Shown piece after piece: positions 24,574-35,200 of a stretch of 64,000 bases of DNA; position 1 is the stretch's first letter; the number at the start of each line of letters is the position of its first letter. A program made the translations under genes and the position numbers. The notes below the pieces were generated by a model that saw nothing but the letters and a program-made list of their open reading frames with translations, was not told where the DNA came from and did no database searches. The DNA lies in assembly GCA_035577265.1 (NCBI GenBank), contig DATLVR010000095.1, positions 819-64,818 of the forward strand. Direction: 5' to 3'. Origin of the DNA: Verrucomicrobiia bacterium (lineage in GTDB: Bacteria; Verrucomicrobiota; Verrucomicrobiia; Limisphaerales; UBA11358).

Positions 24574-26321
24574 AAAATTTGTCCGGCGTCTACCAGCCGG
24601 GGTTGAAGTTTCTTCAGGTTGATGCGCTGGACGCTCGTGCCTTCCTGCAATGCCTGGTCCGCAGCGCGCGCTGCCGATTCACTTAAGATCATCGATGGTG
24701 GTTCCATGCGAACGGAGGCGAAGGCCACGTGCGTGCTGGAAACACAAAAGGTCACCAGGAGGTTTTCGCATTCCGTTTCGCGCGGCGTGATGGCGCCGTA
24801 AGGAATGGAATAGGAATTGCCAATGCGATGGTAAAACCCGCCCTCGTGAATCGCCGCCTGATCCTTCACCAACCGCTGACAGACATGCGAATCAAGCGAG
24901 TAGCTGCCGCAGCCGACGGAATCTTCGCGTTTGACCGGATGTTCACAATGTCGCTGGGTGATGATGTAGTTGCCGACCATGCGCCGAGCCTGCCGGATAT
25001 AAAGCTGTGTCGGCCAGCCACCGGTATCTTGGAACTCGTCCTTCGGCAGGCCCCACGGCGCGATTTCAGTCCGCAGCCATTCCGGGAGCCGATCATCGGT
25101 GCGCAGGAAGTAGAGATAACTACGCTGATAATCCTCATGCGCCCGCCAGAGCCGGGCGCGTTCCGCCCAAGTGCCGTTCGCATAACGCTCCGCACCCCCG
25201 TTGATAAAATCCATCGAGATGCTTGACGAACCATTGTTCACGTCGGTCTTGCCACGCAAGAGCCGGGTGATTTTCAACAGACGCGGGTGATCGCGTGGAA
25301 TTGCATGACCAAAATTGAAATACAGGTCGCCCGGCTCAAGCGGATCGCGCATCTCGTCTAGCGCCGCGATATAGCGGCGCACGATTTCGAAATGTTTCGG
25401 GTCGTAGTTTGCGGGCGGAGCAATCGGTATCGGATTGTTCTTGGTCAGGCACAGCCGGAAATTATATGCCTGAACGGCGGCATTCTGACTGCCTTCCGGG
25501 GGCAGAGATGGGCTGGCGACGAATGGAATCAACCCGCTGGATGAATCACCCGGACGCAGCCAGGGATCAATTTTTACCGGTGTGCGGACGGTCTTCCGGG
25601 AACTACCGGAACCCTCAAATCTCTGGTTTTCGACCGGCGCGAAACAGACGCCGGCAAAGCTTTCATCATATTCTTCCCGGCTTTCACGATCTGTCCGGCA
25701 ACTGACTCCAGCGCGTGCGAGCAAGTCACCTTCGTAGGAACAATCCATGAACATCGCCGCTTCGACCGTTAGATAATTCCGCTCCACTGGATCTGCCACC
25801 GGTGCGCCATGCGAATCCACCGGCGCCTTGTCCAGGGTGATGGATCGTATACGCCTTCCATTTTTTTGCACCGATGCCAGCCGGGATTCGCGAATCACCT
25901 CCACTTTGTGCCGGGCAATGAGCTTTTCGAACATCTCCTCGGCCACATGCGGTTCAACACTCCAGCCGCTGTTTGGAATCCCGGCCGCGGCATAGCGGGC
26001 ACGGACATCGTCAAAGTATTGCCTGGTCAGACTGCCCATGGTTGAAGCGCGACCGTAATCTATCCAGCCGAGACCGCCGGAAGTCATTCCTCCCACGTGA
26101 CGGGTCGGTTCAATGAGCAGGACGGCACGCCCGAGCCGGGCCAAAGCAACTGCCGCGATCACACCGCCGGAGGTGCCGCCGTAAATGCAGACATCCACCT
26201 TGCGACGATTTTCCGTTCCGGCCGCAAAAGCGGGGCCTGTAAGCACGGCGGTGACCGCCAGCGACGTTGTTTGGAGGAACGAGCGTCGGGAGAGCTTGGT
26301 TGATCTGGCGCCGGTAGTCAT
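24570..26321 (-). CDS. Tat-signal FAD-dependent oxidoreductase (FAD_oxidored/PF12831-like)
   Basis: Twin-arginine signal SRRSFLQTTSLAVTAVLTGPAFA. Dinucleotide-binding motif DVCIYGGTSGGVIAAVALARLG...LIEPTRHVGGMTSGG. Confidence 0.75.
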   Translation of the reverse strand: MTTGARSTKLSRRSFLQTTSLAVTAVLTGPAFAAGTENRRKVDVCIYGGTSGGVIAAVALARLGRAVLLIEPTRHVGGMTSGGLGWIDYGRASTMGSLTRQYFDDVRARYAAAGIPNSGWSVEPHVAEEMFEKLIARHKVEVIRESRLASVQKNGRRIRSITLDKAPVDSHGAPVADPVERNYLTVEAAMFMDCSYEGDLLARAGVSCRTDRESREEYDESFAGVCFAPVENQRFEGSGSSRKTVRTPVKIDPWLRPGDSSSGLIPFVASPSLPPEGSQNAAVQAYNFRLCLTKNNPIPIAPPANYDPKHFEIVRRYIAALDEMRDPLEPGDLYFNFGHAIPRDHPRLLKITRLLRGKTDVNNGSSSISMDFINGGAERYANGTWAERARLWRAHEDYQRSYLYFLRTDDRLPEWLRTEIAPWGLPKDEFQDTGGWPTQLYIRQARRMVGNYIITQRHCEHPVKREDSVGCGSYSLDSHVCQRLVKDQAAIHEGGFYHRIGNSYSIPYGAITPRETECENLLVTFCVSSTHVAFASVRMEPPSMILSESAARAADQALQEGTSVQRINLKKLQPRLVDAGQIL

Positions 26322-26475
26322 GTTACATCTGGCCCTGATTTAGCACCACGGCCTCGCCGATATCAACAGCCTGAATGGATTTCTCGACCGCATCTGGCAA
26401 ATACAAAATTTGTAAAAGCGTAAATCATTCGAGAATTATTTTCCGACCGCACCGGGATTGAAGGCGGTTGGCGTA

Positions 26476-27309
26476 CTACCACGGTGCCGGCCTCCCGGCC
26501 GTAGGCACATAATTCTTATACCAAATAAGGTTTCCCCAGTCCTGAAATTTGAAAAGCGCGGCATGGCCATCCACATAACTTACGTTGATGGACCCCGGAA
26601 TCGGCTGCATAAAAGTCGTTTTTCCGGACTTTAACGGATGTCTTGATACGAGGATACGGTTCGGACCATTTATCGGTGCGCTGCCACTAAATGGATAGTT
26701 GGGGTCTCCCTCACCGGTCAACAGGTTTAAATTTGCACTCGGAGTCTTTGAAGGGTCCATCCAGTAATCACACCATGCCGCATCGCAAAAAACCGGCACG
26801 GATGTCGGTTGAAAGATGGAATCTACTTTTCCAAACAAGTGCGAGCTGTCCGGAACGGGGGAATTATGATATAAATATCCGTTGATTGCGTAGCTGCCGC
26901 TGGTTGAACCGGTATACGCAGGATCAATCGCTCCAAACCAATGCCAGGCAGCCGTTGCATTTCCCCCGTCATTGTTATATCCGCCACCGGCTCCGCCAAC
27001 GGGAGCTGTGGGGCAAATCCGCGAGGAACCGGCTTTGGCATAGTAGGCAGACATTGTAGCCATCCATAACGTCGAGCCATACTGGTTGGTGTATTCTATG
27101 CCCACTCCGCCAAAGTCATCCTGATACAAGGCAAACGCCAACTGTAATTGTTTTAGATTATTCAAACACGCGATCTGCTGGCCTTTTTGTTTTGCCTTGG
27201 ACAACGCCGGCAAAAGCATGGCCGCCAGAATCGCGATGATGGCGATGACCACCAGCAGTTCAATCAGCGTGAACCCGTTTGACCTTTTTAATTGTATCTT
27301 CATGTTCAT
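26476..27309 (-). CDS. Prepilin-type N-terminal cleavage/methylation domain protein (DUF1559 / H-X9-DG-type pseudopilin-like)
   Basis: [44 protein letters not shown] at the N-terminus and NVSYVDGHA near the C-terminus. The likely start is [12 protein letters not shown] (27309), preceded by GAGGG. The ORF track extends to 27384. Confidence 0.85.
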   Translation of the reverse strand: MNMKIQLKRSNGFTLIELLVVIAIIAILAAMLLPALSKAKQKGQQIACLNNLKQLQLAFALYQDDFGGVGIEYTNQYGSTLWMATMSAYYAKAGSSRICPTAPVGGAGGGYNNDGGNATAAWHWFGAIDPAYTGSTSGSYAINGYLYHNSPVPDSSHLFGKVDSIFQPTSVPVFCDAAWCDYWMDPSKTPSANLNLLTGEGDPNYPFSGSAPINGPNRILVSRHPLKSGKTTFMQPIPGSINVSYVDGHAALFKFQDWGNLIWYKNYVPTAGRPAPW

Positions 27310-27337
27310 TGCAAACCCTCGTTTTCTTCGGACAATT

Positions 27338-27367
27338 CGCGTGGGGCCAATTTTCCGGCCCCACGCG
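27338..27367 (-). promoter_or_regulatory. Perfect 11-bp GC-rich hairpin in the 83-nt spacer between the giant PATR gene and the pseudopilin-like gene
   Basis: CGCGTGGGGCC-(8 nt)-GGCCCCACGCG are exact complements. No U-tract follows on the minus strand, so it is not a classical terminator. It may be an RNA stability or processing element, or an attenuator. Confidence 0.35.
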
Positions 27368-27392
27368 ATTAGTTTTTCAATCATTGGCCAGC

Positions 27393-30300
27393 TTACGGAT
27401 GGCGCAAGCGGTAAAACACGTTTGTCAGGCCGGGATTAAGTGTGATGTTCAGATTCGTCACCGATTGCGAACCGGCGATGTCGAACCAGAAGTTGGTGTT
27501 CGCCAGACTGACACTATTGGATTGCGCATACCAGCCGAGATGGGTTGCCGGCCAGGCGAGGGTCAGCACACCGCCGCTGACCGTCGTCGTGATGTTCGTC
27601 GGATAGGAGGCCGTTGCCGCCGGACCCGTCAGCACCGTGATGCTGCCCGAACCGGTGGTCGATCCCGTTGCGCCGACGAGGCCGGTCCAAGTGGCGGGGA
27701 AATTAGCCGGGAAGGAACCGTTCAATTCGGCGAAGGTATGCGTTCCGGCCGGCAAGCCCGTGCCACTGATCGTCGCCGCGTGGAACGTGTCATTCTGGGT
27801 CAGGTAGAACCGGCCATTGAGCACCAAGTCTGAGTTGGGGTTGTTGATATCATACGTTGTTTGCAATGCGCCTTGCGCGCCAACGGTGATCGCATTGGTG
27901 CCCAAAGCATTGGGCGCGCTACCAACGAGCGATCCCAAATCGGCGTTCCAAGTTCCGGTATAGGTATTATTGACGTTGGTGATATTCAATGACGCGCTTG
28001 AGCCAGTCTGCAGCGTCGTAAAGGTGGTGTAAGCATGGTAGGTGATATTGCCATTGCCCGTCAGCAAGGCTTGAATCGTAATGGCGCGCGGGCTCGTGTC
28101 ATCCGACGCCCACACCACGGTGTTGGAGATGACATTCACTTCGCCGGTCAGAATTGCCGGCCATCCGCTGTTTAGAATACTGCAGATCTGACCACCGGCC
28201 ATCTGTAATTTCTTGAAGTAAACCGTCGAGGGATTCCCACCCTTGATACGAATTGCGCCGGCGGCAGTCAGACTGGTGTCATAGGTTCCGTTCCCTTCGA
28301 CGCGAAGCACGTCACCCGGGAACGAAGAGGAAGTGGGGCTGTTGGGGCTGTTGAAATCCGGCGTGCGCAAACCACCGGGTGCCAGAACAATATTGGTGCT
28401 GCCAGGATATTGGACGGCCAGCAAACTGGCCGAGCCAGGGAGGCTCCAGATGCCGTCCGTATCCCAATTGCTTCCACTCCCTTGAATCACGGAGGTGGTG
28501 ATATTGGTCGGCGGACCCACCGGCTGAATGGTGAGGGCGGCCACACTGCTGGTCACCGAACCGACCAAGTTGGTGATGATAACAATGTAGTTGGTCGGAT
28601 CTGTCAGAGCCAGATTGCTGACCGTCAAGATTGCCGCCTGCGATCCGGATATCCGGCCGCCATCCGTCAAATCCTCATAAACCCCGTTGGTTCCCACCTG
28701 CCAGCGATAAGAGAGCGGAGCCGTGCCACTGACTTGCACGCTGAACTGTGCGGCTTGTTGTTCATACAATGTCTGGTTCGCTGCCGGCTGCACCGTGATC
28801 ACCGGCGGGAAATTGGTCAAGCCAGAGGCGGCCGTCAGCATCGCCGTGATCTGGGCCGAGGACAATGCCCGGCCAAACACGGCCACCTCGTCAATAATGC
28901 CATTGAATGTCCGCGCGCCATTGACCCCAAACGGATCGTTCCCCATGACATTGGTCTGGTTGAAGTTTTGCACCACGTGCGTCATGGTATGCACGGCCGA
29001 CGCCACACCATTCGTGGTCGCCACATAAATCGTGGCGTTCGTTGGCGTCACCACCAACGCAACCAGCGACCATTGGTTCACCGGCGGCACCAGCCCGGAA
29101 TTCCAGTTGTAACTGTTGGCATCGCCGTTCCAAGTATAGCCCAAAGTATGTTCACCATTTGAGTTCGTGCTGGCGGTATAGTTCATGCCGGCGACATTGG
29201 CTCCCCGGCTGAAAATCACGCCGTTGAAATCGTTCTGGCCATCGGTCGGATGAATCCAAGCCGAGAGCGTCACGGTGTTCGTATTGATCGGCAAGGATGC
29301 CACCGTCACCTGGGAATTGGCGTAGCCATGGAATACTTGCACCGCCGCATTGCCATTCTCAAACCCGGGATAGCCGTCGGCTGGCTGCGGGCCGAAAATA
29401 CCATTGAAACCATTGAGCACGTTCGCCCCATAAACCCCGTCATAACCGCCGGCATAATCATAAGCCGGCAGATTGGGCGTGTTGACCGGATCGCCCGTCT
29501 CGTTCAACCGATAATAAGCCACCGGGTTGTTGCTCGCCACCAACGCTTCGTAATTCGCGATTGGCGTCACGACCGTCAATGTCGCCGCACTGCTGATGGA
29601 TGAACCGGAGAGATTCGTAAACACGACGTCATAGCTTCGCGCATTGGCGGCGGTTAGATTGGTGATGGTCAAAACGCTGGTGGTCGTGCCGGAGACATTG
29701 CCGCCATCGCCGATCGGCACACCGTTGGTCCGCCATTGCGTGCCGATGACACCAAAGGCCGTGGCCGTGAACTGAACACTGGCACCCGGATAGCGGGAGA
29801 TCGAAACCGGCTGGGTGGCGATGAACGGAGCGAGCGAACCGCTCATCAGCACAAGGTCAATCGAGCTTTTCGTCACGTTATTGGTCAGGTAACCAGTGAA
29901 TCCCGGTGGCAGAGCGCCCAGACTTAATGTTGTCAGAACATTATTTCCATCCACGGCACCGGGTGCCAACGTGGTGTATTTGATAAGCGGCGTTGCTTGA
30001 GGGATGACTCCTCCACCGACGATAATCGGAATATTAATCGTGTTCGCCGCCCCGCCTAGGGCGAGAGTGCCGGCCGTGATATTGGTCGGGAAGCTGAATA
30101 TCTGAAGTTGAACCGTTCCGTTGGTCATGGCAAACGTGCCGCTGGTATTGACGAGGTTATTGGATAAAACCAATGTTGCGTTCGCATCGACATCAATCAA
30201 AGAACTACTGTTGATCCTGGAACCGGGCACACCCAGATTTAGCGTTCCGTTGAGGATAAATGTTGGGCCGGTGTAGGTGTTAGTGCCGGAGAGTGTCGTT

Positions 30301-31391
30301 GTTCCCGGTCCGATAAAAGCCAATCCACCATCCGTGGCGGCGTCACCGGAAATGGTGCTGTGCACCAAAGGATGGGCGATACCCATGGAAAACCCGTTGT
30401 TATCTATGGTCGAAGTATTGGTGCGGACATTGGCTGTCAATCCGGCCAAAAGTGGCAGGAAAGCGGGAGCCGCTCCGGACGCGGCCGCCTGTAATCTGCC
30501 ACCGTTAAAGTTGAAAACGCCTATGGTTGCGGCAGTGGTTTTCCGGATGTTTCCCAAGGCTAGCGTTCCGCCGTTCAGATTCATGATGCCCAGACCAGGG
30601 CTTCCATTGCCCATGTTGAGAGATCCGTTGGCGGCATTGCCAGTATAGGCATTACTCAGAACACCGCTTACAATAGTTACCGTGCCCGTGGAAGAATTGG
30701 CAGCGGCCAGAATGATTGATCCAAACGATGTCCCGCCAGCAGTGATAAAACGGCCTCCTTCAATCCTTATTTCCGGAGCTGCATTGGCGGCGTTTGGAAT
30801 ACGGATATTGCTGCCGTTTCCAGAATGCTGAATGGTGCCGCCGGTCAGCACCCGAATCGTGGAGCCCGGCGCGCCTTCGAAGTTAAAACCTTGATTGGCG
30901 GTTTGGACATAATTCGCGCCATTATCGATGATCAATGTTCCACCAAAAACGGCGCCTGAGTTGAATGTGAAGGGGTTTTGAGACGAAGCGATCGTCACAT
31001 TGGTCCCCAAGGTGGCTGTTTGGCCGGTAGCCACGTTGATGCCGCGATTGGCTGTGTTGATAGTGATGGTGGACACTGGACCGCCAAGATTGGTCAAAAT
31101 ATAGCCGGAGCTGTTGAACGTGATATTCGTGGTGGCGAAGCTGTTGGTGATTTGAATGCCAACGTTGCCGGCTCCGCCAAAAACAGCTCCATTTAGGGAA
31201 TTGGTAAAAGCAACGCCTGCATTCCAATTCGGTGTGTTGGTATCCCATATTCCGCTGGTCGGGCTGGCGGTGGTCCCACCGGGACCGGCCCAATTTAAGT
31301 CGAGCGCCAAAGCCGAACCGGCAAATGTCAAGACGGCAGCGGTTATTGCGGCGGCAAGCAGAACTTTTCGTAATGGTTTAATTTGTTTCAT
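27393..31391 (-). CDS. Giant secreted non-catalytic surface protein: PATR beta-strand repeats + 2 Ig-like domains + LamG-like domain + shared C-terminal module
   Basis: The likely start is [29 protein letters not shown] (31391); the ORF track extends to 31541. PATR-type repeats include [30 protein letters not shown]. Ig-like domains lie at ~29568-29828 and ~28521-28808 ([17 protein letters not shown]). The LamG-like domain lies at ~28827-29549 (YYRLNE...TLSAWIHP...[12 protein letters not shown]). It ends NVFYRLRHP. Confidence 0.8.
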   Translation of the reverse strand: MKQIKPLRKVLLAAAITAAVLTFAGSALALDLNWAGPGGTTASPTSGIWDTNTPNWNAGVAFTNSLNGAVFGGAGNVGIQITNSFATTNITFNSSGYILTNLGGPVSTITINTANRGINVATGQTATLGTNVTIASSQNPFTFNSGAVFGGTLIIDNGANYVQTANQGFNFEGAPGSTIRVLTGGTIQHSGNGSNIRIPNAANAAPEIRIEGGRFITAGGTSFGSIILAAANSSTGTVTIVSGVLSNAYTGNAANGSLNMGNGSPGLGIMNLNGGTLALGNIRKTTAATIGVFNFNGGRLQAAASGAAPAFLPLLAGLTANVRTNTSTIDNNGFSMGIAHPLVHSTISGDAATDGGLAFIGPGTTTLSGTNTYTGPTFILNGTLNLGVPGSRINSSSLIDVDANATLVLSNNLVNTSGTFAMTNGTVQLQIFSFPTNITAGTLALGGAANTINIPIIVGGGVIPQATPLIKYTTLAPGAVDGNNVLTTLSLGALPPGFTGYLTNNVTKSSIDLVLMSGSLAPFIATQPVSISRYPGASVQFTATAFGVIGTQWRTNGVPIGDGGNVSGTTTSVLTITNLTAANARSYDVVFTNLSGSSISSAATLTVVTPIANYEALVASNNPVAYYRLNETGDPVNTPNLPAYDYAGGYDGVYGANVLNGFNGIFGPQPADGYPGFENGNAAVQVFHGYANSQVTVASLPINTNTVTLSAWIHPTDGQNDFNGVIFSRGANVAGMNYTASTNSNGEHTLGYTWNGDANSYNWNSGLVPPVNQWSLVALVVTPTNATIYVATTNGVASAVHTMTHVVQNFNQTNVMGNDPFGVNGARTFNGIIDEVAVFGRALSSAQITAMLTAASGLTNFPPVITVQPAANQTLYEQQAAQFSVQVSGTAPLSYRWQVGTNGVYEDLTDGGRISGSQAAILTVSNLALTDPTNYIVIITNLVGSVTSSVAALTIQPVGPPTNITTSVIQGSGSNWDTDGIWSLPGSASLLAVQYPGSTNIVLAPGGLRTPDFNSPNSPTSSSFPGDVLRVEGNGTYDTSLTAAGAIRIKGGNPSTVYFKKLQMAGGQICSILNSGWPAILTGEVNVISNTVVWASDDTSPRAITIQALLTGNGNITYHAYTTFTTLQTGSSASLNITNVNNTYTGTWNADLGSLVGSAPNALGTNAITVGAQGALQTTYDINNPNSDLVLNGRFYLTQNDTFHAATISGTGLPAGTHTFAELNGSFPANFPATWTGLVGATGSTTGSGSITVLTGPAATASYPTNITTTVSGGVLTLAWPATHLGWYAQSNSVSLANTNFWFDIAGSQSVTNLNITLNPGLTNVFYRLRHP

Positions 31392-31645
31392 GGCGTTGCG
31401 TTGGTGGTTTTGGGTTATGAACGGATGGCTGTCGTTTTGAAAATCATGGCAGCAGCAATCAAGCAAGCAGTCGTCGTTGAACGATGAAGACACTGATTTT
31501 TGTTTAGTTGTGCTAGCATGGGCTGATTCGGTGTCAAACATAGGCGACTGGCAAATTTATTCCATCATGCAAACGGATGATTTTGCCCCGTGCCGCCAAA
31601 ACCGTAGAATGCCGACAGATACCCGTCGGTGGAACGCCGCCAGCA

Positions 31646-32266
31646 TCACTGGAGATATTTCAACACGGCCTCGGTGCGGGAACGCACGTGAAGTTTTTCG
31701 TAGATATGCTGGAGATGCGTGCGGACGGTGTTGACGCTGACGGACGTGCGATCCGCAATTTCCTTGGTGGAATAGCCCTTGGCCAGTTGTTCCAGAATTT
31801 CCTCCTCGCGTTCAGAAAGCTCCTCCACCTTGCGGGCGCCTTCCGAGTCACCGCGAAACGACTGCACCACCTGCCGGGCGATCTTGCTGCTCATCGGCGC
31901 CCCGCCCTGTTTGACTTCCTGAATCGCGCGAAGAATGTCCGCCGGATCCGCACGCTTCAACAAATAGCCGCTGGCGCCGGCTTTCAACGCGCCAAAGACC
32001 CGCTCATTATCTTCATACACGGTCAGGATCAGGATCTGGATTCCGGGACAAATGTCCTTGAGCCGCCGCGTGCAGGCCATGCCGGACATGCTGGGCAGAT
32101 GAATGTCCATGAGCACCACCTCCGGGGAAATTTTCGGCATCACTTTCAGCGCCTCCTCCGCGGAGCCACACGCCGCCACGCATTTATATCCCGGCGCGTC
32201 ATTCAAATACCGGGACAGGGTGTTCCGGAAATCCCGATTATCCTCAACGATGCCAACACTGATCAT
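31646..32266 (-). CDS. NarL/FixJ-family response regulator
   Basis: VGIVEDNRDFRN, VLMDIHLPSMSG, ILTVYEDNERVFGALKAGASGYLLK, LSEREEEILEQLAKGYSTKEIADRTSVSVNTVRTHLQHIYEKLHV. It is a paralog of 14007..14756. Confidence 0.9.
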   Translation of the reverse strand: MISVGIVEDNRDFRNTLSRYLNDAPGYKCVAACGSAEEALKVMPKISPEVVLMDIHLPSMSGMACTRRLKDICPGIQILILTVYEDNERVFGALKAGASGYLLKRADPADILRAIQEVKQGGAPMSSKIARQVVQSFRGDSEGARKVEELSEREEEILEQLAKGYSTKEIADRTSVSVNTVRTHLQHIYEKLHVRSRTEAVLKYLQ

Positions 32267-32283
32267 AATTCAATATCTCTCAT

Positions 32284-35200
32284 TCAATCCCCGTTCAGCG
32301 GGGCGACCTTTGCCAACGGCAGGAGGATGCGGCAGGACGTTCCTCCGCCCGGTTTGGTTTCGAACGCGAACTGCCCGCCGATCTCCTCCACCCGGCGACG
32401 CATGTTCAGCAACCCCTCACCAACATCCGCCGCCGCCGACTCCTCAAAACCGCGGCCGTTGTCCTCCACGATGATGATGAGGCTGTTTTCATGCTTCTGG
32501 ATTCGCAGCCAGACTTCGGTCGCTTGGGAATGCTTGGCAATGTTGTTCATGGCCTCGCGCACGGCGAGATAAAGGTTGTGCCGCACCTCGGAAGTGAGCG
32601 CCACCGGCGGCAACGCATCAGCCACCTCCATCCGGCAGCGAATTGGCGTGGGCCGGAAGAACTCTTCCGCGACATGGCACAAATAATCGACGAGGTTGGG
32701 CAACAAGTCATTGGCCGGATTGATGGCCCAAACGATCTCATCCAGGGAGGTGACCAGTTGATGGGATTTCTCCGACACTTCCCGCAACTGGATGCGCGTC
32801 TCCTCCGGCACAGCTTCGTCGCGGCTTTCCACCGCGCTCAAAAAACGGATCTGTGTCAGCGCCGCGCCCAGATCATCATGCAGGTCACGGGCAATCCGGG
32901 TCCGCTCCTGTTCCAGCGCCCGCTGACGTTCGGTCTGCTCGCGAAGATGGATTTCCCCGGCCAGTTGGGTCGTGCGCTCCTCCACCTTGCGGCGCAGTTG
33001 CGTGATCCAGATGGAGGCCGCCAGCAGCACAAACGACAATCCCCCAATGACCGTCAGGGCATGTTGCACGGTCCACCAGGATGGACGCGATAATACCACC
33101 AGATCATCGAGCGAACGCGTCAAAATCCGGATCCCGCCCACGCTCCGGCCCAGTTCGGCATATTGCACCGGATCCATTTGCCAGACGCCGGTGATTCGCA
33201 ATTGCGTTCCGGGCATGATGTCCTGCGCCTCCCGGATGCTTGCCGGCAGGAACACTTGCAGCGTGCGGCCATAGGAAACCACTTCCATGACCAGATGCGA
33301 CCCCATGAGTTGCTGCCCGGTGAATTCGCCGTCAATGCGCACCAGCGTCGAATCCCGCTTCCAATCCGTGAAATCATCCGTCTTCAGTTCCTCGACTTTC
33401 AACTGCCCGGTGCCGATTTTTTTCGCGAGAACTTCCGTCAACACCGGGGAATACCCGTGCGTCTCACGGAAGCCCAGCACTTCCAGCCGGTCGCCCGGAG
33501 AAAATTGCGGGATGGCGCTGCCGGACACATTGGTGGCGGAAGTGCGCCAAAAGGACCATTGCGAACGGCCGAAAATGGAATCCAGCACCACATCCTGTTT
33601 GTAGATGGCCATCACGGAACCGGTGTCATCCTGTAGAAAAAGTTTCTGACCATCCTGCAGCGTCAGCACGCCTTCCACGCGGATCCGGTGGGACGCTTCA
33701 ACCGGCCCGCTCACCTGCATGATGCTCGCAATGGACTGGACCGGCTGGGAGAACGGCACTGCCGGCGGCTGCTCCACCTGCAGATATTGGAGCGAAGGAA
33801 TTAACAGATGGACCCCCTGCATCCGCCCCCAGTCATCCAGAGACGCAATTCCCACACCGCGGACCCGCACCGTCGCGTCCACGAGTTGATTGACCATCGG
33901 CGCAGCGGCCGCGCCAAAACTTGCCGTCACCGGCCGGCCGTCGCAACTCAACAGCAGATGCGCCCCATCGGTTGCCCGCACCACGCCATCCATCTCGACC
34001 CATTGTGAGTCCATCCGGCCATTTGCCAGCTGCCCCCAGGGAAGCCGCTGCGGTTGGGGCAGCGTGCCGCGACCGATGAACACAACCTTGTTCGCGGTGA
34101 TGAGCGGCGTGGCGGCGTCGCTGATCCCGACCTGACCGGTGATTTCAATATATTCTCCCAGTTCCTCCAGCTTGCTGCTGTCCGAGGACTTGACCACCAC
34201 CTGGATGCCCGCCGTATCGTCCTGCAAATAAACCCCGAGCAAACTCGTCACCACTCCGCGAATGGTCACCGTGGGCCGGCGTCGCCACTCTTCCACCGTC
34301 ATCTGACGGATTTGGGCAATCTTGGTGATGCCGGCAGCATCTGGCTTCGTGTCCTTGAATAATTCCGATCGGAGCGCAGCGCCGCCACCGGATTCTTCCT
34401 CGGTCGCTGGTAATTCCACGAAACTCGTCGCCCTCAAGGATGCAGCCACCCAGATTCCCTTGTCATTGAAACCACCCCGGCAAATCCCGGTCACCCGCAC
34501 CCTTCGCCCGGCGCCCGGCAATTTTTTGGCCTCGCCAATATCGGGCATGGAAACGCTCATGCTGTGGTTGCCCGACTGTAATTCAAAAAAAATCTGTCCT
34601 TCGATCTGCTGTCTGAATTCGATGGTTCCTCCGACTTCGGCCCACAGGAAATCGTCCTCCTTGGCGAGCGGCTGCTCCGGTGGAAAACGCGCCGGAGTGG
34701 TGACGGTGGACTGAGTGCGAACTTGAAGGCGGACATTCCCAACGCCTGCCTGCCCGCCGCTCCACGTCGTGACCCCTTCCACCAACACCCGCTGGCCGGG
34801 CACGAGCTGAAATAATTCCGGCGGGCCGGTCATTTCCAAAAACCCGGAATCATCCAGCAGCTCCACCCTGCTGCTTCCGGCAATTTTCCCGGCAACAACG
34901 CCCTCGAACCGGATCGGATAACCGGCGGCCGCCCGCATCCGCAATTCGTGCAACCGGGCTATGTTTGTGACCAACACGCTGGAGGGCGCCTCGTATTGCC
35001 ATTGGACCCATGTGGCGCAAGTGGAGTTGTCCTTCGGAATATCGAGCCATTTGGTTTCCACCAGTCCGTCAAACACATGGTCCACTGACTCCAATGGCGG
35101 GTTGTCTCCTTGCACCGTGATCTTGTCCAGATAAACCGGAGTGGGACTCGTATCCCCCGATGTTCTGCCCATCAACTCAATCTCCGCAAGTTGAACCGAA

